The position numbers and the translations under genes are program-made. A DNA stretch of 64,000 nt from Vitrella brassicaformis CCMP3155 (taxonomy: Eukaryota; Protista; Chromerida), in contig CDMY01000265.1 of NCBI GenBank assembly GCA_001179505.1, forward strand, positions 1 through 64,000. The letters are read 5' to 3'. Under the pieces are notes generated by a model. It was not told the DNA's origin. It was given only the letters and a program-made list of their open reading frames with translations, and did not search any database. Shown here in pieces: positions 12,230-27,704 of the stretch. Position 1 is the stretch's first letter. Each line of letters opens with the position of its first letter.

Positions 12230-12486
12230 TGTGTGTGTTCCTCACTCACTCACCAAATCACCGGGCTGTCGATGGGATTGGGGTAGTTGATGAGTGTCAG
12301 AGGTCGCGGCACCGGCACAGAGATGTCTTCACCAGGCAGAGGCACGCCAGGCAGCAGCGAGTGGGCAGCATACACAGGCCTGTGGCGCATGTAGTGAGGC
12401 GGCTCATTCTTGCCATCATAGGCCGACGCACACCACAGACACGCCGACAGCGCCACCAGCAGCACACCCATCAGACGCACACACAT
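10436..12486 (-). CDS. Secreted/membrane TPM-domain protein, MOLO-1-like; multi-exon
   Basis: Signal peptide MCVRLMGVLLVALSACLWCASA. Spliced YPNPIDSPVICNRRHIPHSWLCDPDGIISRREADEVE and ASALLSRWGLGHKECHDGAILVYAKKD match the YPNP..C..CDPDG / WGLG pattern of MOLO-1/TPM proteins. One TM helix. The 3' exon boundaries are less certain. Confidence 0.7.
10590..11973. repeat. Segmental duplication partner of 1-1393
   Basis: Same sequence as the window start (CCAATTTGCCGTCCATCC...), with scattered substitutions and microsatellite length changes. Confidence 0.9.
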
Positions 12487-12817
12487 GGTCGGTGAGTCGT
12501 GTGAGGGCGCAGAAGGTGTGGTGGCGATCAATCACTGAGTCAACCAACGGTTTTCATTCATTCGTACACAGAGTTAGATGATTGACTGCTCGATCGCTCG
12601 ATAGAGACATGCAGTGAAGTGACTGACACAGAAAAACCGCTCATCTCTCGACTGCGTCCAAAGAAACTCACTCACTCCCACCCGCCCACTCTGAGTCGCT
12701 CACTCCCACCATCCATCGATCCATCCACAAAACAGAAGTGAGTGCTAGCGCTACATACACACACAGACTCGGGATGCCCCACTACTTACTCTCTGCACAT
12801 GAAGATGCACCTGTCTC

Positions 12818-13860
12818 CTACGCGCCGGCTGCAATCTGCTCGTTGATGAGTCTCTCGAGCTCTTCGGGCGCGATCTGCCTCTCCTGACCCGCAAAGGGGT
12901 TGTCGGGAGTCAAGAACAACATGCCTGCACAGCACAGACAATACACAACACACATACAGCACAACACAACACAACACAACACACACGGTCGCACACACCC
13001 ATTTGCACTGTGTGTGCATGTGAGTGCGTTTGTGTAGTCAGTCAGCTCACAGTGGCACTCTTTCCGTTCTTGCATGGGTACACACGGGCAGTTCCAGTAG
13101 GCCGTCTTGACCTCCAGCGCCCTGCACACACACAGACAGACAGACAGACAGACAGACAGCAGACACAGATGTATGCACCCACACTCATGCATTCATACAA
13201 GCCACCCATCATCCTTGGGCATCACTGACTGACTTGTCTTCATAGTGTCTGCATGGGCACAGCGGGGCGCCGTAGTGCGTCTTGTGGTCGGCCAATCCCT
13301 TCAGCACCGTCGCCGTGATGGACAGATCTGCAACGCATGGATGCCAATCCAGCCATCCCTCTATGTCTGTGTGCACGCCTCAGGCTCTGACTGACGTGCC
13401 TACCAGAGCAAAACCGGGTGTCGCTGACCCGCGCATACTGTTCTGAGAACTTGCGAATCGCCTCAAGATTCTTGCGGCTGATCTCCTGCACACACAGACA
13501 AGCAGCAGCAAGGACACATTAATTCACACAGATCTGAGTGAGTGACTGACTAGCCATCCACACACCACCGAGCAGGCAGACACGCGCACTCATTCATACC
13601 TGTGCATTGACGTCCTCTTCCTTGGCTGGCGCCATTCGCATGGCCGAGGATGGCCTCAGCCTGCTGCGCAAGAGAGGGACCGATGACTGCACGAAAGCTG
13701 CTGCACCACACACACACACCCCTACCTGTGTTGCAGGCACAAATGTGACTGATGGCAATTCCAGAATCATGCCTGCGTGTGGTCTCCGTGTGGGCGCCAG
13801 CAGGGCATCGCCACGTGAGCACACCATGACGCACGAGACAACCAGCAGACACCACTTCAT
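12818..13860 (-). CDS. FTRC: Ferredoxin-thioredoxin reductase catalytic (beta) subunit, plastid-targeted
   Basis: Leader MKWCLLVVSCVMVCSRGDA. Spliced RKNLEAIRKFSEQYARVSDTRFC, PLCPCRHY, YWNCPCVPMQERKECHC|MLFLTPDNPFAG contain the CPC/CPC/CHC Fe-S and disulfide motifs. TAG at 12818-12820. Confidence 0.95.
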
Positions 13861-13975
13861 GACCTGAAGGGCCGCCGCAAAAAAAATAATGCAGACACAG
13901 CAGTGTGTCGCTCACGGTTCCTCCATGCACTCTGCTTACCGTTGTTCGTCTTCCTCTCTCACAGCCGCTCAGATC

Positions 13976-13992
13976 TGCGAGCTAAGCTCGCA
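13976..13992. promoter_or_regulatory. Palindrome TGCGAGCT-A-AGCTCGCA in the FTRC/SerRS divergent intergenic region
   Basis: Perfect 8-bp inverted arms seen directly; regulatory role is inferred. Confidence 0.35.
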
Positions 13993-14020
13993 ATGAGGAC
14001 CTACCGAAATCGCGCGCCGA

Positions 14021-17137
<3,117 letters not shown>

Positions 17138-17289
17138 ATGAATGATCCGTGCCATCGATGGATGCCTTTGGGGTGGTGGCTATGCCTGGAATCAATGTGT
17201 GTGCATGTACCTACCTACCTACCTACGACACCGACTTGTATAGCCGTGTGTGGGTGGTGTGGTCTGGTGTGGTGTACAGTGTGTCTCTG

Positions 17290-18798
17290 CCTGCGTTCAC
17301 GCCCATCCGTCTGTCTGGGACAGAACATAAGGATCTAAAGCTGCTACTGATCGGTCACCCACGTATCACCTCGTGTGGGTTGTTCTCTGAACACACACAC
17401 ACGCACGCACGCACGCACGAGAGAGAGAGAAAACGAGATGCACTGAGAACAATACACGTGGACCAGCTGCTGTCTGCCCTCACGTGTGAAGGCCTTCATC
17501 ATGTCTCGCTTCATCTTCTCCGCTGCGTCATCGGCTTCGCCCATCGGACCAGCATTGGCAAAGCCGACAAAGAACAGCCGCGGCCTCACACGCATGACGT
17601 TTGTGAGCATGTGGTGGTTGCACTCGAACGCCGCGCCGTTCTTGTGCGCCAGCAGCTGGCTGAAAAGGTCCCGCCACGTCACGCCTCTTCTGGCGTGCGT
17701 CGCCTTGATGAAGACGCTCGTGCTTGGGTCCGCAGCAAGTGTCTCCCATGTCACCCTCTTGTGCTGATGTGTAGAAGAAACAGAGGCCCTTCCATTCCAT
17801 CAAACACCCACCCGTTCCCACCTGTCTATGGCCCCGCTGCTTACCGGCGAGTCCGGGCTCAAGGCAAGCTCGTAGTTTTTGCTGCGTACATTAAGGAAGG
17901 CCTCAACGGGCTCCATTCCGTCTTTGGTCAAGTCGTATGCGGCATAACAATAGCACAGGCGGGTTCGGTGCACCACAATGGAAGGATGGCGGCTCACCAA
18001 CTGCGTTCACTCATGCCATGAACACATACGAGCTGAGCTCAGGACACCAGTGGAAAAGTGCATGCAGCCGAATGGAACACGTATACGTACCTTGTCAGGG
18101 TTGATGCCGCTCTCCTTGCCCCATTCGTCGACGTTCATAAGGTCAGGAAAGTAGTTGACAACGGCCGCCTTGATCTCGCCCCCCGAACAGGACCTGGACA
18201 GCTCATCGAGTGACTCAATCAGCTCCTCTCGATTGGCTGCCGCAGCCTTGCAATATTTCTTGTGCCGCTTCCAGGCGGCCCTCTGGCACTCCTGCATACA
18301 AGCCACATCAGGAGACGGCCAGACCCGTCAGAATGTGCACGTCTGCAATTTTTGTCTTGTTGCCGTCTCACAGGTGAGCAGAAGAAGATCTCTAAGCAGC
18401 CCCGACATCTGCCCAGCTTCACGCCAGGCTCAGAATCCTCCTTTCGACACTGCCAGCAGGCCCGTGGCAAGATCAACTGGCACAATTTATCGGAGCATGT
18501 CCGCCACAGATGTTTACTCAAGCCATAGCTCGGGGTGCTGGTTCGCATGTACACAGAACCAGCGGCGCTGTTCTTGTGGTACACGGTGGAACATGGCGGT
18601 CCTCCGTAGATCCTTTTTCTCCTCTTGCGCGCCAAGCTCGCAGACGCAACTTGAGATCGCATTTTCCGCTTTTGTTGTGGGCGACGGACAGCGCCTAACC
18701 ATCCCCAGATCTGCGTCCACTCGACTGCGGTGTCGTGGGAAGAGGAGGCTGTGCGTGCCGGCCCGCCTCTCTCGATTGGCCTCTCTGGAGGAGGCCAT
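17290..18798 (-). CDS. MYND zinc-finger protein; start (18798 or 18702) and end uncertain
   Basis: CWQCRKE..KLGRCRGCLEIFFCSP|ECQRAAWKRHKKYCK is a MYND finger split by an intron. Further coding-like exons run down to about 17480. Confidence 0.65.
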
Positions 18799-18822
18799 CT
18801 CGCACTGGAGATAAGGACAGAG

Positions 18823-19952
18823 ATGTCGCGTGCGTCCGAGCCGAGGAGTCAGGGTCAGCTGCCAACACTGATTCACTACCACTTGCCTGGCGACAAGGAC
18901 GACCCCGACCATCCCAATGCCTTCCCCATCCTCAAGAGCCCGGAGGAGATCAAACTCAAGGACGTCAAGCAGAAGTTCCCGCTTCCTGGAGTGTACCACT
19001 TCAGGTAGGTACGCACTGATGCGTGGCGACTGAGGCAGCAAAGAGATGGTTTGTTTGCTCACGGTGACTGTGCGGCTGGTGTGGCTGGTTGTGTGTCCGT
19101 CTCTGCGTGGTGGTTGTGTGTGATAGGTTCAAATATCGTCAGGAGTCATCGTTTGTGTGGATTGATGTGACAAATGATGACTCGAGAGTGCCCATGTTCA
19201 ACCAGAAAGTCGTCGCAAAGGTACAGACGGACCAGACGCACCTGACACACCCCGCCGACACGACACGTGTGTTGCTCTCCATCGCATGGTCCTTTCTGTC
19301 CGACCAGGTGCTGCGGATATCATGGCACTCCGACAAGGACCACCCCGGCAAGAAGCGCCCCGACAGCATCATCGCCCCCAAGGCCTCATCGTTCGCCGCC
19401 CCTCACCCCTCCCCACCCCCCACCTCCCACGCCACAGCAAACACCACAACCATCGGCAGCCACGCACCGCAACAGGCAGACACGTCCACAGGCACCACTG
19501 GCGGACACAGAGACGAGCGGAGCGACGCGGGCGGGCCGTCGCGGCCGGCTAACCTGGGGCCGGCAATGTCCAACGAGAACCTGATTGGTCTTGACATGGG
19601 TGGCGGTGGCGGTGCGGGTGCAGGCAGCGGGGGAAACCAGGCGGACATGCTGATTTTTGACACGGCACCCGCAAGTGGCGCAAACAAAGGTAGGTAGATG
19701 GGCGGGCAACACAGGGAGGGCTTTCACAATGACCGACCAATGGGAGGAAACCATGTGTGATGTGTGTGCGTGTGTGTGCGTTCAGCGTCTGGCGGTGTGC
19801 CGCGGACTCCCTCTCCCCAGCCGTCTCCCCAGCCCAAACCCACCCCCGGCAAACACGATGACTTCGATATGTTCTTCGGTCAGCCACATTACATTAGCAC
19901 TGAACACAACCCCACACACAAACACAAGGCTGGAGGTGCAGTGAGCGCGTGA
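18823..19952 (+). CDS. DIX-domain (ubiquitin-like fold) protein with low-complexity C-terminus
   Basis: LIHYHLPGDKDDPDHPNAF..IKLKDVKQKFPLPGVYHFR|FKYRQ..FVWIDVTNDDSRVPMFNQKVVAK|VLRI fits the DIX pattern (FPLPG.YHFRFK..W.D....VP). Canonical splice sites. Confidence 0.75.
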
Positions 19953-20519
19953 TGCGATGCCCGTCGATGGATGGATGGGTGTGGGCGTGTACAGGACGGT
20001 GAACTAGGGCCATCCCCTCTCACTCCTCTCTGTGCCATGAAGCAATTGCTCATCGTCACATGGGCCTGTCAGCGGATACGACAACAGGCTTCTCTGCCGC
20101 ACTACACAGACACAGCACGGCCCTTGACGCTCGTGAGAGCGGTTACGGATGATAAGCGGCCTGTACTGACGTGAGTGAGCTCTCTGGATGGATGGATGCG
20201 TGGCGTGTGACACACAACTTGTTTGTTCCTCTGCCTGCCAACACCTGGCCAACTCACGATGTGATGCGATGAGTCTCATCCCGCGTTCTCCCCGGCTTAC
20301 AGCAGAGGCGGTCCTTCTGACGCTCACAAGGACCCGCCACAAAGCTCCGCAACACAAAGCTCCGCTCCCCGCGCCAATTCTCGGCGATCGCCCTTCCGGG
20401 GAAACGAAACGCACGAACGAGAAATCCGTCGAAGATGTTTGAGATTGGCTATCAGCTTCATTATCTGCTCCATTCTCACCGTGTTGGCGTGAGTCTACCA
20501 TCAGTTGACAGCCTCGACC

Positions 20520-23500
20520 ATGGATGAAGGCAAGGAGTCACTCAAGGAGGACATCCAAAACGGTGAGGGTGCCAACAAGGGGACAAGAGGAGCCACGGAC
20601 GGCTGCTTGTATTCCTCCGCACCATCTCTGTGTGTTGTTGTCAGCATCGAGTGTGGATGACCTGCTGAGGGCCTTGCAGTCCTGGGGCCCTCAGCAAGCG
20701 ATAGATGAGGTACGGCAGACGCCCCTCGCGCACACAACGGACCAAGAGATGACTGACACACCAGTGCAGGCAGATCACCCACAAGATGCGTCTCTCTCTC
20801 TCTCTCTCTGTGTGTGTGTCTGTCTGTCTGTGTCTGTATCAGAGTCTTCAGCCAGCAGCGTTGCTGCTCGACGAGCTGGGCATCGACCGCCACGAGCAGT
20901 ACAAGGACGTTTTCCAGCGGCTGCAGCAGGAGTTTGCCCAGCGGTCGCACCGCATGACCACATCCAGAGACCGAACCCAGCAGTCCGAGCGGTTCCTCAG
21001 GCAGCCCTTCCCGTCATCCAGCAGCAGCCGGGAGATCTCCACGTCTGCACCAGTGGACCGCTTCGCGATGGACAGGGGGCAAAAGGATGGCGTGGCGCTA
21101 ACGGCGGCCTGGCCGGCGCGACAAAGCGAAGAGAATGACGCCAAGTGGGAGCGAGGGGTCGGGTGTGTTGTGTGTGGTCTCTCCCCCCCACGCATGAGTA
21201 GTGTGTTATGTCACACAGGATGTTGGCGGTGCTTCGTGAGTCACTGCCGTTCATCGGCGACCATCACCTGAAGAGCGTGCCGCTCAAGCTGTTAGAGGCC
21301 CTACCGGTGCTGCCCCCTGACGTCTTGGAGGGATGTGCAGACAGACTTAGGGAAGCCAACAACAAGGTAAACAAGTGGTTGTAAGCGGACACACCTGCTT
21401 GCAATCGACCTACCTGCTGTGTGTGTCCAATCGCGATTCTTTCGTCAGGCTGTGTTTCCGACGTCGGTGACGCGCCAGGTGTGGGCGTCGTGTCCTGAGC
21501 TGTTTGAGAGTGCTCTGGGGCCACGGGTGGAGAAGCTCATCAAACACCTCCACGAGGACGCCGCCTCCTCGCCAATCGACCGATCGCAAGACCGCACCGC
21601 ATGGTATGGTCAGCCGAATCAGACAGATCACACACATAGGGGACGGGAGAGAAGGGAAGGGAAGGAAAGGCTTGCTGTTGTCATGCTCCCTGTGGTGGTG
21701 TGGTTGGTTCAGGCGCAAGTCACTTCCGGAGCTGAAAGAGATTGTTGAGATGATCGGCGAGTAAGACCACACACACATACCGTTTTTTGCACGCACTGCT
21801 GTGGTCCGTGGTGTGTGTGTGTCTGGTCAGCCGGGTTGAGTTGTATGACATGTGTGTCGCGATGCTGCTCCGCAGCTTCTGCCACTCAGCCACGCGCCAG
21901 CCAACCAGCGCCTCTGAGCCGCACAAGCACCACCACCATCGTCACCACCACGGCCACCATCACCACCACCACCACCACGCATCATCATCATCGCACAAGA
22001 GGAAAGAGCGGCACAGCGGCAAGCACCTCTCCCCGCCACTGCCGCCATTCCCCCAGCTCAAGTCGAGCGGCGACAATGATGACGTCGTCATGATGGACGG
22101 GCGGTCGCCGAGGTCCCGCAAGCGGAAGGCGCCGTCATCGCACCAGCCCTTTGTGTCGAGCGCGTTCTCGAGGCCGGAGCCATACCTCAGGTTGGCGGAT
22201 GATGGAGGATGGTATGGTAAAGCGGGGGAGGGATGTCTGTCTGTGTGGTGTCTGTCGGTGTGTGGCATTTATTTCAATGTGCAGCACTGTTAGGAATCTT
22301 CTGGTGTTGGCTCTCCACGATGCCCACGCTCACAAGAGGGGAACGGCGTCACTCGATCTGCAGGGTGAGGATGCACCACACCACACCACACCACACCACA
22401 CCACACACTTGTACTTGAGGCATCTTGTCTTTCTGCTGCAATGTCCATCCATCTATCCATCCGTCCATCCAGCTGCCGAGCCTCTGTTCGACCTCATATG
22501 GCAGCTTGAAGCAATTAGGTAGGCGTGAAGACTGGCACGCAGCCGAGCGTGCCTCACCTGCCCAATTTTTCGTTGGCTGGCTTTGGCTCAGGAATCGCAC
22601 CTTGACGGCCAAGGGAGAGGGAGGGCTGCAACACTGCCTGGCAAACACCAAAACAGAGGTGGGAGCTGACCTGCACTGCAGCATGGAATGGAAGACACTT
22701 ACTTGTGTGTGAGTGAGTGCAATCCAATCCAATCGCCCGCCCGTACATGTCTGTCATGTGTTCAGGATCCGACGGTGGTGTTTGACGTGAGTTTCATCCT
22801 TGCTGACCCGCACCAGCTTATCAGCCTCATCAACGAACTCGAGAGGGACGGAGCATGGGAGATGCAATCACTCGCGGTGAGAGGAGAAAGGCAGAGAATA
22901 CAGCATGACCCCGCAAAGCCAATGGGTGGTGTCTCGTCTGATGGGGTGTGCAGGATTCATCTTCCAAGGAAGGGGCGCACTCCAAGTCCGTTATCCTACA
23001 GCTGTTCGCGCTTGGTAGGCAGGGCAGGCATCGACGACCCCACACACACAGACACCACATCTGTATTGTATGTATGGTCATGTGACGTCATGTCCGTCTG
23101 CTGCCTGTCTGTCTGTCTGTCTCTCTGTCTCTCTGTGTACACACAGGTTTGATGTGCGTGCCGATCTACCACAAGAATCAGTCTGAGATCACCTCTTCCC
23201 TTCGCCCCCACCAGCACCGGCCCAAGCCCGTCGTCCGGTCGGCCAAAGACGTCTGGGCCGGCAACCACAGCCACGCCAGCCACACCAGCCACGGCAGCCA
23301 CCCCACGTCACCCCGGAAGCGAGAAAGACGGCACGCTGTGAGTCTGCTGCAGTGCGTGAGCTACCCCATGGAGGACATACCCATGTACGTCGCCCCGCCT
23401 CCCGCCACCACCACCAGGCGGGCCAGGGGCGACACGCGCACTGATACCGACGTCGTCCTTGGGGCAGATACCGACGTCGGCATGGGCCGGGCGGGGAGGA

Positions 23501-25579
23501 GGGGCTTGGGGGCCGGCACTGGGTCGCCCTCCTCGCCTGCACCACCCCCGCCCCTGTACATGGATGAGGACGACGAGGCGACCCTAGAGGAGTGGCTGCC
23601 GCTGTTGGACCGCACGGCGATCGTCAAGCCGCTTTCCAAGTACCGCCGCTTCATGCAGCTGCTGGCGCAGAGCCGCAGGAAGACAGCAGCAGCAGCAGCA
23701 GCTGCAGCACAGCAGCAGCAGCACCCGCCATCGGCGAGCAGCACGTCGTTGTCCCATCCGACTGACGTCCACTCGCCATTCACGAAAGTGACGAGCCCGA
23801 TGTCGGCAATGCCGGCTCGTGTGCGGCCGTCCTTCCCTCCTCCCCTTCTACCGCCACTAGCGCCGGCAGCCGCCCCTCCGGCAGCCGACAAAGACACCGA
23901 GAGGCAGGACACACAGCACGCAGGAGGCCAGCTTAAGGCCGCCACAGCCACATCATCGGCTGTGCGGCCGTCTCTGTCTGCGGCTCTCAACGAGTTCGTC
24001 GAGGCGATCCGTCAGGGCAGCCGTGAGGCGAGCATGATGGCGACGGCCGAGGACGAGCTAGACGACGACGAGTCGTGTGTGGCTTTGGTGTACAGCCGTC
24101 GGGTGCTTCACCGGCTGCTGTCGTCCCTGGTGCTGGTGCGGGGCGTGCAGCAGGCAAGGTGGCTGCGGGAGGTGGGGGAGGTCCTCATCCAGAGCTTCCA
24201 ACACGAGGCACTCACCCAGGAGGGGCTCCCCGAGGGGTGGACGAGCCTGTTCGTCATGGAGTGCATCCAATTCGCCGTCACACAAATGATCCAGGTAGGG
24301 TACGCCCGACCCGATACCCAAGGGTGCGACAAATGACCCGGGTGGGTGCACTCTGTTGGTTGTTGCGTTCATTTAGGTGTCGGCACCCCCGAGTGGCCGC
24401 TCCGGTTTGGGGCTGCGACTGTCGACTTCGCTGTGGACGCTGCTGCACGACAAGCTCATGCTGCCCCTCGCCGCACAGTGGCGATCCTTCAGGACCATCA
24501 GACATATGAGCAAGGTCAGTCAGTGAGTGGGTAGGCGGACGGGTGCAATGCAATGCAACAGCAGAGACCCGGCGCCTCTACCGTGCGTGTGCCTTTACCT
24601 AACCCCCCTCCATATATCAGGCAATGGTCCGTGTCCTGTTCACCGCCAAGCAGCGGGCCCTTCAACCCACACCCGCACCCCCACAGCCACCCCCACAGCA
24701 GCAGCGCCGCTCGCCCACTGCAGAGGTCGGAGCCGATAGCGATGCGGCCCCTACGAGCTCATCGCCACGGCAAGGCAGCACGCCCGACGAGAGGAGGGAG
24801 AGGGCGGACCGCGAGGTGGGCGAGTGGCTGGACACCCTTGCCAAGACGGCTGCGTCACTGTGGTTCGCCAAGAAGCCCAAGGAGAGCACCAAGATGCCGC
24901 GAGACGCCGAGGACATCTGCAAGGTGGTGGGTGAGGTGTGGACGGCCAGCCAACACGCCACCTTTAGGGGTGAGGTGGTGCAGAGGTTTTCAGTGCTGAT
25001 TCAACAGACCAAGGGCGGCGGGGCCGTGGAAGGACAGTGAGTGAGCAGACAGACAGACGTTGTCCAGATGAATCTGATGCATGGGCGTGGCCCGTGGGGT
25101 TGGGCGGGGCGGATGTATGCAGCTGACTGACTGGCCATCTCTCTCGTCTCTGTCTGTCTGTCTGTCTGTGTATGCCGTTACCACATCCATCTCATCTCGG
25201 CGTTGGCCTGCCTCCGTGCCTGCCTGCGTGCGTGTCGCGGCGTGGAGTCAAGTCATGGACTGGACGGACAAACAGATTCATGTGTGCTCCCGACCAGCAA
25301 ACATACATGTATGTATGTACGTCGGTGTCTCAACCAACAGCTACATTCGATGCAGTCAGTCATCCGCCCTTCTCACGTCTGTCGGTCTGTCTACCTATAC
25401 AGATACACACATGCGCCACGGTCTGTCACAGCATTGTCCGTCGTGTCCTCAGCAGTTTGAGTGCCACCGCGATGGCCACACCGGCCACCACACCCACACC
25501 ATCACTCAACACCCGCGGGTCACCAGGCAGCCAGAAGGCAGACCCGCACGATGAGGAACCCTTTTGCACCTCGCCCTGA
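20520..25579 (+). CDS. NELFB: Negative elongation factor B (NELF-B/COBRA1)-like protein with His-rich insertion and long C-terminus; 3' end uncertain
   Basis: Five collinear blocks resemble metazoan NELF-B as recalled: SLQPAALLLDELGIDRHEQYKDVFQRL; LRESLPF..LKSVPLKLLEALPVLP; VTRQVWASCPELF; RRKSLPELKEIVEMIGESRVELYDMCVAMLLRSF; RNLLVLALHD..EPLFDLIWQLE..DVSFILADP. Confidence 0.75.
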
Positions 25580-25649
25580 CACACACTCACACACACAGAC
25601 ATCAATCCGCAGAGGATCCATTCATTCATCTAAGTACGCAGTCTATAGC

Positions 25650-27583
25650 CCAGAATGTCGCTCTGTGGTTGCTGACCTTGATCTGATCCCGCAGCCTCTG
25701 CAGCTCCCGCACACCGCCCATACCCACGTGGCCGTTGCCTATCATCGACTCACACCCGGCCAGCTGCACACACCAACAAAGGCCACCAAACAGCTAGCTG
25801 CTGCAGACATCCATGCGCCGAGTCCTGTTGTTCACACATGGCTGGCCGACCTTGAGCTGTGCGCGCAGGGCGGCGAAGAAGGCATCAGCGGAAGGCCAGT
25901 AGTTTGTCGAGTAAGAGGGCTGCAGGTCCCACGAGTACAGACCCTATATGTAGGTCACACACACACACACACACACGCACGCACTTCTACATCATGGCGG
26001 CGCGTGTGATGTGTTTGCCCCACCGACCACTAGCACCGCCGCGCTGTACACAAAGGGTAGGGGGACCAAGGGAGCTGCAGCATAGCGGCCGAGCACTGTG
26101 GCCCCGATGGCGAGTGCGTATAGGGCCGGCTGGCTGCCCATCAAAGGCGGAGAGTCGCCACGCATATGCTGCAGTGACACAGCCACGCCATTGCACAGCA
26201 CAGTGGACCCTGAACACGTACACACACACGCACGATCATGAGCTCAAATGAAGCGCATAACACGTGGCTGTCTGGCTCGACACACCGACCGGCAAACGTG
26301 GCGAGAAGCGCAGCGGTGCCGACAGTTCTTTCCCACAGGGCGGCAGCCAGTCCTCCAATGAGCAACCTGGTGGCCGTCACCGCAGTCACGCCACCAAAGT
26401 GCGCCCGGTCGTCGGGAACAGAAGGGCCACCGAGAGTGAGTGAGCAGCTCAGCAGGCGATACAGCTGACGGGCGTCCATAATGCCCCTTCCCTCTCCCCC
26501 GATCCCCAGCAGCTGTGGGTGCAAAGCCATCCCCCTCGCCCACGCCACACAGGCGTCTACACTCCTCTCCAGCTCATCCACAGACCGGCAGCGGCTCACC
26601 GCCCTCTCACTCGCCCACCCAAGCCCAGTACAGAGGGCTATCAGGCCCACCAACCCGCACCACACGTACCCGCTGCCAGCCGGCCACTCGATGCCCGTCC
26701 TTCGCTGCTGGTCCCTCAGCCATTTCGTCAGTGAGGCATCTGCTGACAAGGCAGCGGATGGCCGCGTGGCCTTCTCAATGGGCTCCAAGGCCTTCATCAC
26801 AGCGCGCAGGACGTCTTGCGGGCCGAAGAATCTCGTGCCCGTCGGCGACTTGGGTGAGTAGTTGGGGTGGTCGGGGGTGAAGACCTCAGGCAGAGCGGAT
26901 GAAGCAGCGACAGCGGGCCCCTTTGCGGCAGATGACGTTGCTGATGATCTGACGATGGGTATGAACTGTCTGCTGCGCTGCCGGTGGGCCTGCTGCCTGG
27001 CCCGCTCCGTCGCCCACTCTTTTCTCTGCCGCCGCCGGTCGCTGCGGTGCGTCAGCCACCACCGCACCACCTCGAGCAGCTGCTTGGTGCTGCCGACCAC
27101 CGGCACCTTGTAGAGCCGCCCACGCCACCTCCTGAGCACAAAATCCACTCCGTCTGGAAAGGCCATGTACCCGTTCTCAACCATCCACTGCCTCTGCGGG
27201 TCGCTGAGGAAGGCGGCCTTGTCGACAGTCTGCCACCAGAGGCCCCTTTGGCGGATCTTCGCAAGGCTGAGGGCGTCCCAGATCTTGCGGAAGACTGCGG
27301 CTGGTGAGTGTGCGAAGAGGTACTCATCGAACGACTGGAGGGACCTGCTGTCGGGCTGCTGCCACTTGGAGGATGACGGCGGGGAGGGGGAGGCGAGCAG
27401 CCGCCTGCTGGCTGACAGGAAGGCACGCTGCTGATGGGTCAGGGAGGACGGCGGCAGCTGAAATCGCTGGAATGATGAGTAACGGTGCATCATGAGCATC
27501 TCTAAATGGCAGATCTGCTTCATTGGAAGCTTGGCATCGTGCGATCCGCCATAGGGTGCTGCCTGAAACGGCTGCTGCGGCAT
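25650..27583 (-). CDS. Hypothetical protein with hydrophobic C-terminal half; one very long first exon plus smaller 3' exons
   Basis: 480-codon open frame (26141-27583) free of microsatellites. Plausible splice TTTGCCG|gtcggt...ttcag|GGTCC gives FAGSTVLCNG..YALAIGATVLG. A later exon may read GLYSWDLQPSYSTNYWPSADAFFAALRAQLK. No recognisable family; 3' end approximate. Confidence 0.5.
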
Positions 27584-27704
27584 CGTGCGATCGCCAGCAG
27601 ATAGTGACGGGTCCCGAGGTCAAGATGAGCAATGAATTCGAATGGGACGTCTGCAGGAGGAGACTGATGGGGCCTTCGGCGTAAGCGCACGACCAAAGGA
27701 AAGG

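Noticed and set aside
20004-20501. 165-aa minus-strand ORF upstream of the NELF-B-like gene
   Set aside because: No domain features; it lies in the expected promoter/5' region and the DIX gene 3' flank.
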